A stretch of DNA of 64,000 bases from positions 124,001 to 188,000 of the forward strand of contig NW_026852073.1 of assembly GCF_026571515.1 (NCBI RefSeq). Direction: 5' to 3'. A program made the translations under genes and the position numbers. Below are positions 61,001-64,000 of the stretch, piece after piece. The stretch's first letter is position 1. Every line of letters begins with the position of its first letter. Origin of the DNA: Ruditapes philippinarum. Its lineage: Eukaryota. The notes under the pieces were generated by a model. That model did no database searches, was not told the DNA's origin, and saw nothing but the letters and a program-made list of their open reading frames with translations.

Positions 61001-63423
61001 ATAGTACCTTAAAGCTGCATGTCTCCAGATGAGCCAAAATATTTCAAGAAAGTCAAACTTGAGAAAAATGAAAAATATATACTAATATTTTAAGAAAAGT
61101 AAAAAGATTCAAAATTCAAGAAAAAATTTGCATTCTATGTGCGATAAATGTCTGATTTTGTAGTATTAATTGCCATACTTTCTACTGCGTGGGAAGCCCA
61201 GTTAGGGCTATTTTTGTACATTTTGACCTCTTTTTTTTTTTGGTAAATTAGGTGGATTGACTTTTGAAAGTGCTGTTTTCAATGTGTAAATTACTTGTTT
61301 TGTTCACTTCACAATATTTTACTTTTAAATACATTTTCACATTGTCATGAAAATTATCATGGATCTGGAGGCATGCTGCTTTAACAGGATTAGTGTGGCT
61401 TAAAATCCACTTATTGATAATCAGTTCAATAAAAAACAATCGCTTTTATTTTGCTAAAAATCCAACAAATACAAAAAAAGATTTTTATCCTTATTACTTT
61501 ATGCTTATTTTGATAGTTTGATCTGATATTAAATTTAATGTATACTATAGGTAGAGGAATATATATCAATGGGGTCCATGCTTGATTATCTGATAGACCA
61601 TCGAGACAATATACGGAAGGTTGACCTATATTTGTGGGCAGCCCAGATCGCCCTCGGTATGATGTATCTAGAGAAGATGAAGATGGTACACCGAGATTTG
61701 GCCGCGCGTAATATATTACTGCAGAGTAAAGAAAAGGTATTTTATATAAAAATCATATATTTATTTGAATGTATTATACAGAAATATGTCAGAAATCGTT
61801 ATTTTCTTCATCAGACTACTACCCTATTAGTCTCAGTGAAAGAGAAATTTCGGCATATTTTGAGAAGTAAAGATGATTTTTGTGCATCGTAAATTTCCTT
61901 TTAAAAGCTAGGTTTTAGTTAAAACAAGATACAAAAGTATCCACTTAAGCAATGATAGCTAGGCAAAAAGCCTTTTTTTTAAAAAGTCAGTTTCAAGGGC
62001 TTTATAAACTTTTTTTTGCCTGTTCGAGTTTTCAAAAAAATAAATAATAATGTATGTTACATAAAATAAATAAATAGAGAAAGAGATAATTATAAGGTTA
62101 TTGAAATTCCTATTTATTTATTTATTTATTTATTTTTATTTATTTTTTTGCTGAGAACCAGAAATAAAACTTTATTTGGACCCTATTGTGTATAGAGACA
62201 TGTATGTATTTAACAAAAACATTGGCTCTCATTTCATGTTTGTTTCATAATTATTTTCCTTGTGTATAATGGATGAGTTTTAATGTTCAAGTATTACTTT
62301 AAGTATATAATAAGGAAACTTTCTTTTTATGAAATTATTATAAGCTATATTTGGTACATGTGTACTATATTTGATACAGAGGAAATTTGATTTCTTTTTT
62401 AAGTGGCTGAAACCAGGCAGATAGTTTACATAGATAGGCAAATTTAATGATTTATGCTCAAAGGTTTCAATTGCATGTGAAACAAAGAAGAAAATGCAAA
62501 AAAATTGCAATAAGCCTTCAAAATAAGATGTAACATATGTTTTATTACTACACTTCAAAGAAGAATTCCTCTAACAAAAAGTACAGTAACAAAAATAAGT
62601 CATTCACTTAGTAGAAATATGGTGATAAATACATGTCCTGCAAAATTATTCATTCATTACATACAACATAACATGTTGATTATTTCTTGAATTGTGAATA
62701 TTTTTACCATCCTTACAATTTTAGTACATTTTAAATTTTTTCTCAATGTTGATTTTTTTTAAATATTTTGGTTTCATCTGGAGGCATGTAGCTTTAACCC
62801 AGTTGTTAAGCAGAGATAAGGAAAATTTTGCTTTATTTGACATATTTCGGATGAGTATAATATTTCTTGATTGCACATGATTTAGTTTTATGTGTAGAAT
62901 AGCTTTCTAATACTTTACTGTCAAAAAAATTTATAAGAATCAGCATGAATCAAGAAGTACATTGTACACAGCTTTAAGGGATTTATATAAAACAAAATTC
63001 ACTAAGGCCAAACAAAAGAAAAGTTCTGTTTCTTATCTCCCAAGCTACCTTATTTTGTTCAGGCCACTTAAGCGTTTTCAGATCCTTTCATATTGGAACA
63101 GTATCCAGCTAGCATAATAGAATGTCAGTGGTTCTAATCAGTTGCAAGTTTGAGCCTGAAATAATACACAGAGGGGCACCTAAGTACTTCCTCTACAAGT
63201 AAAGCTTGAAAGTAGCCATATGACCTATACTGTGTTGCTGTGACGTAAACCCTAACCAATAAAAAAAAAAATTTGGCTTTTTTGTATATTTTGTATAATG
63301 GTATACATCTTTACATCTGTATATTTTTCAGGCAAAGATAAGTGATTTTGGTTTATCAAGAGCTGTAGGATCAAACAGTGATTACTACAAGGCTACTACA
63401 GGGGGAAGATGGCCAATTAAATG
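46087..63423 (+). CDS. shark: Shark/HTK16-type non-receptor tyrosine kinase (SH2-ankyrin repeats-SH2-Pro-rich-kinase), 3'-partial
   Basis: Exons 46087-46300, 48290-48457, 49390-49533, 50096-50167, 50998-51113, 51482-51622, 52801-52906, 53732-53799, 54722-54859, 55323-55452, 56572-56643, 58136-58296, 59449-59533, 60157-60392, 61551-61736, 63332-63423 splice in frame. Motifs: WYHGRI..FLVRES (SH2), ankyrin TALH/TPLH/IPIH/TPLD, WFHPEI..FLVRGS (SH2), [34 protein letters not shown] (Syk-family activation loop). Confidence 0.93.
46428..47296 (+). mobile_element. Internally deleted hAT-like DNA transposon with transposase N-terminal remnant
   Basis: 17-bp TIR C(C/A)GGGCTCGAATTTAAC, 5-bp TSD ACTCA (46423-46427, 47297-47301); ORF 46713-47003 with W..L.Y..FCADC zinc-finger-like motif. 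Confidence 0.75.
47350..48223. mobile_element. pogo/Tc1-mariner-like non-autonomous element
   Basis: CAGTGGAGCCTCGCTAATCCGAAC ... GTTTGGACTAGACATGTTCCACTG-TA imperfect TIRs with subterminal taatccg repeats. Confidence 0.6.
49161..49377. mobile_element. Palindromic MITE (ATGAGCCGCG...CGCGGCTCAT)
   Basis: Long terminal inverted arms; multiple copies in window. Confidence 0.85.
50198..50272 (+). mobile_element. Fragment of the ATGAGCCGCG MITE family
   Basis: tgagctgcgccatgacaaaagcaacatagtgcgtttgtgaccagcat matches the left arm. Confidence 0.7.
50460..50690 (+). mobile_element. tRNA-derived SINE (first family)
   Basis: ctcgaatcctgccaggg..atgtgaggaagct..caggtgccc..cttcctccacca..actgtgtc..aaacaa tail. 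Confidence 0.8.
51154..51490 (+). repeat. ~55-bp minisatellite containing copies of the shark exon 6 acceptor
   Basis: taaattatctccctttatt..tttcagagatgtt x~6; the last unit is the real acceptor. Confidence 0.85.
51623..52065 (+). repeat. ~30-bp minisatellite (ccttcctaggtaacttatgatgtcatatat)
   Basis: About 14 tandem units beginning at the exon 6 donor. Confidence 0.9.
52942..53290 (-). mobile_element. TTAA-flanked MITE (AGC(A/T)GCATG family)
   Basis: Inverted copy of 61013-61380; partial copies near 36720 and 62790. Confidence 0.75.
54234..54472. mobile_element. Palindromic MITE (ATGAGCCGCG family), full length
   Basis: ~95-nt inverted arms around a short core; matches other copies. Confidence 0.85.
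55597..55850 (+). mobile_element. tRNA-headed SINE (third family)
   Basis: tagctcaatagg A-box and gggttcgattccc B-box; acceptor stem does not close; continues into a non-tRNA body. Confidence 0.55.
56835..57092 (+). mobile_element. tRNA-derived SINE nested within a TTAA-type MITE (~56660-57133)
   Basis: TSD ACTTGGC(G/A)GCAA at 56823-56834 and 57093-57104; (CAAA)n tail. Confidence 0.85.
57313..57520 (+). mobile_element. tRNA-derived SINE (first family), internally deleted
   Basis: gtggccaagttgttaagg..ggttcgaatcccgccagggactttggatt..gctatccagctag. Confidence 0.8.
58800..58955 (-). mobile_element. SINE (second family)
   Basis: cctggaaccaaccagtact core and ttaaccacttggccac head on the opposite strand. 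Confidence 0.65.
59178..59417. mobile_element. Palindromic MITE (ATGAGCCGCG family), full length, core inverted relative to 49161
   Basis: Inverted arms; core ctatcagtttctctacttgtaatagggt is the reverse complement of the core at ~49250. Confidence 0.85.
61013..61380 (+). mobile_element. TTAA-flanked MITE
   Basis: TTAA-AGCTGCATGTCTCCAGAT ... ATCTGGAGGCATGCTGCT-TTAA. Confidence 0.85.
63098..63270 (+). mobile_element. 5'-truncated SINE (first family)
   Basis: tatccagctagc..gtggttcta..ggggcacct..atatgacctatactgtgttg..gacgtaaaccc, A tail. Confidence 0.75.
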
Positions 63424-63435
63424 GTATAGTATAGT

Positions 63436-63648
63436 CATAACCATTTATACTATACTCATTACGATTTATTCTCTTTACTCATAACCATTTATACTTTACT
63501 CTTAACCATTTATACTTTACTCATAACCATTTATACTCTACTCATAACCATTTTTACTCTTTACTCATAACCATTTATCCTCTACTCATAACAATTTATA
63601 CTCTACACATAATAATTTATACTATACTCATAACCATTTATACTTTAC
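63436..63648. repeat. 21-bp minisatellite (cataaccatttatactttact)
   Basis: About ten tandem units just after the shark exon 16 donor. Confidence 0.85.
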
Positions 63649-64000
63649 CTTAGCGGCTCAGGTTATATTTCCAAACAGCTGTTTATATAGGGCCATATAA
63701 CCTGTCTAAAAAATCTTCATAACTAATATTATAAATAGACTTGCTCAAACTTAGAAGCCGTCATTGATCGGAAATTTTGTATCATTGTATCGAAAGCTAC
63801 ATATCGTCAATATGAATATATATTGATATATCGAATTCAATAGCTTGAACAAGCTTTGTGTAATAAACTGTTATCATGGTGAATGCAATCATGTTTTGTA
63901 CATCATGAATGCAGAATTACATCGGAAAGTATTTATCTTGATATCATATCTGACAGACTAATGAAAATTCAAAACTGACTTTTTCCCTTTACACAAAATA

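Overview
AT-rich eukaryotic genomic DNA with spliced genes, SINEs and MITEs. The repeat content and expanded C1q genes suggest a bivalve mollusc, possibly a venerid clam (inference). Left half (1-31.9 kb): a tandem array of secreted coiled-coil + globular C1q (C1qDC) genes on the + strand, with three intact 3-exon genes and two decayed copies, showing segmental duplication, mosaicism and in-frame coiled-coil length changes. Middle (33.0-44.3 kb, - strand): a 10-exon type II membrane protein gene. It has a long cytoplasmic tail (hemITAM-like EGYIQL, ITSM-like TTYDKI, 15-aa repeats), a TM helix, 3 CCP/Sushi domains, several Ig-like domains and a chitin-binding (CBM14-like) module. Stops and frameshifts are confined to a central exon block that could be skipped in frame. 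Right (46.1 kb to window end, + strand): a Shark/HTK16-type SH2-ankyrin-SH2 tyrosine kinase (16 exons traced, 3' end outside the window), head-to-head with the receptor gene. Main hypothesis: a linked innate-immune module of C1q opsonins, a Dectin-1-like chitin/complement receptor and a Syk-family kinase. Exon structures were traced by hand; no database searches were run.
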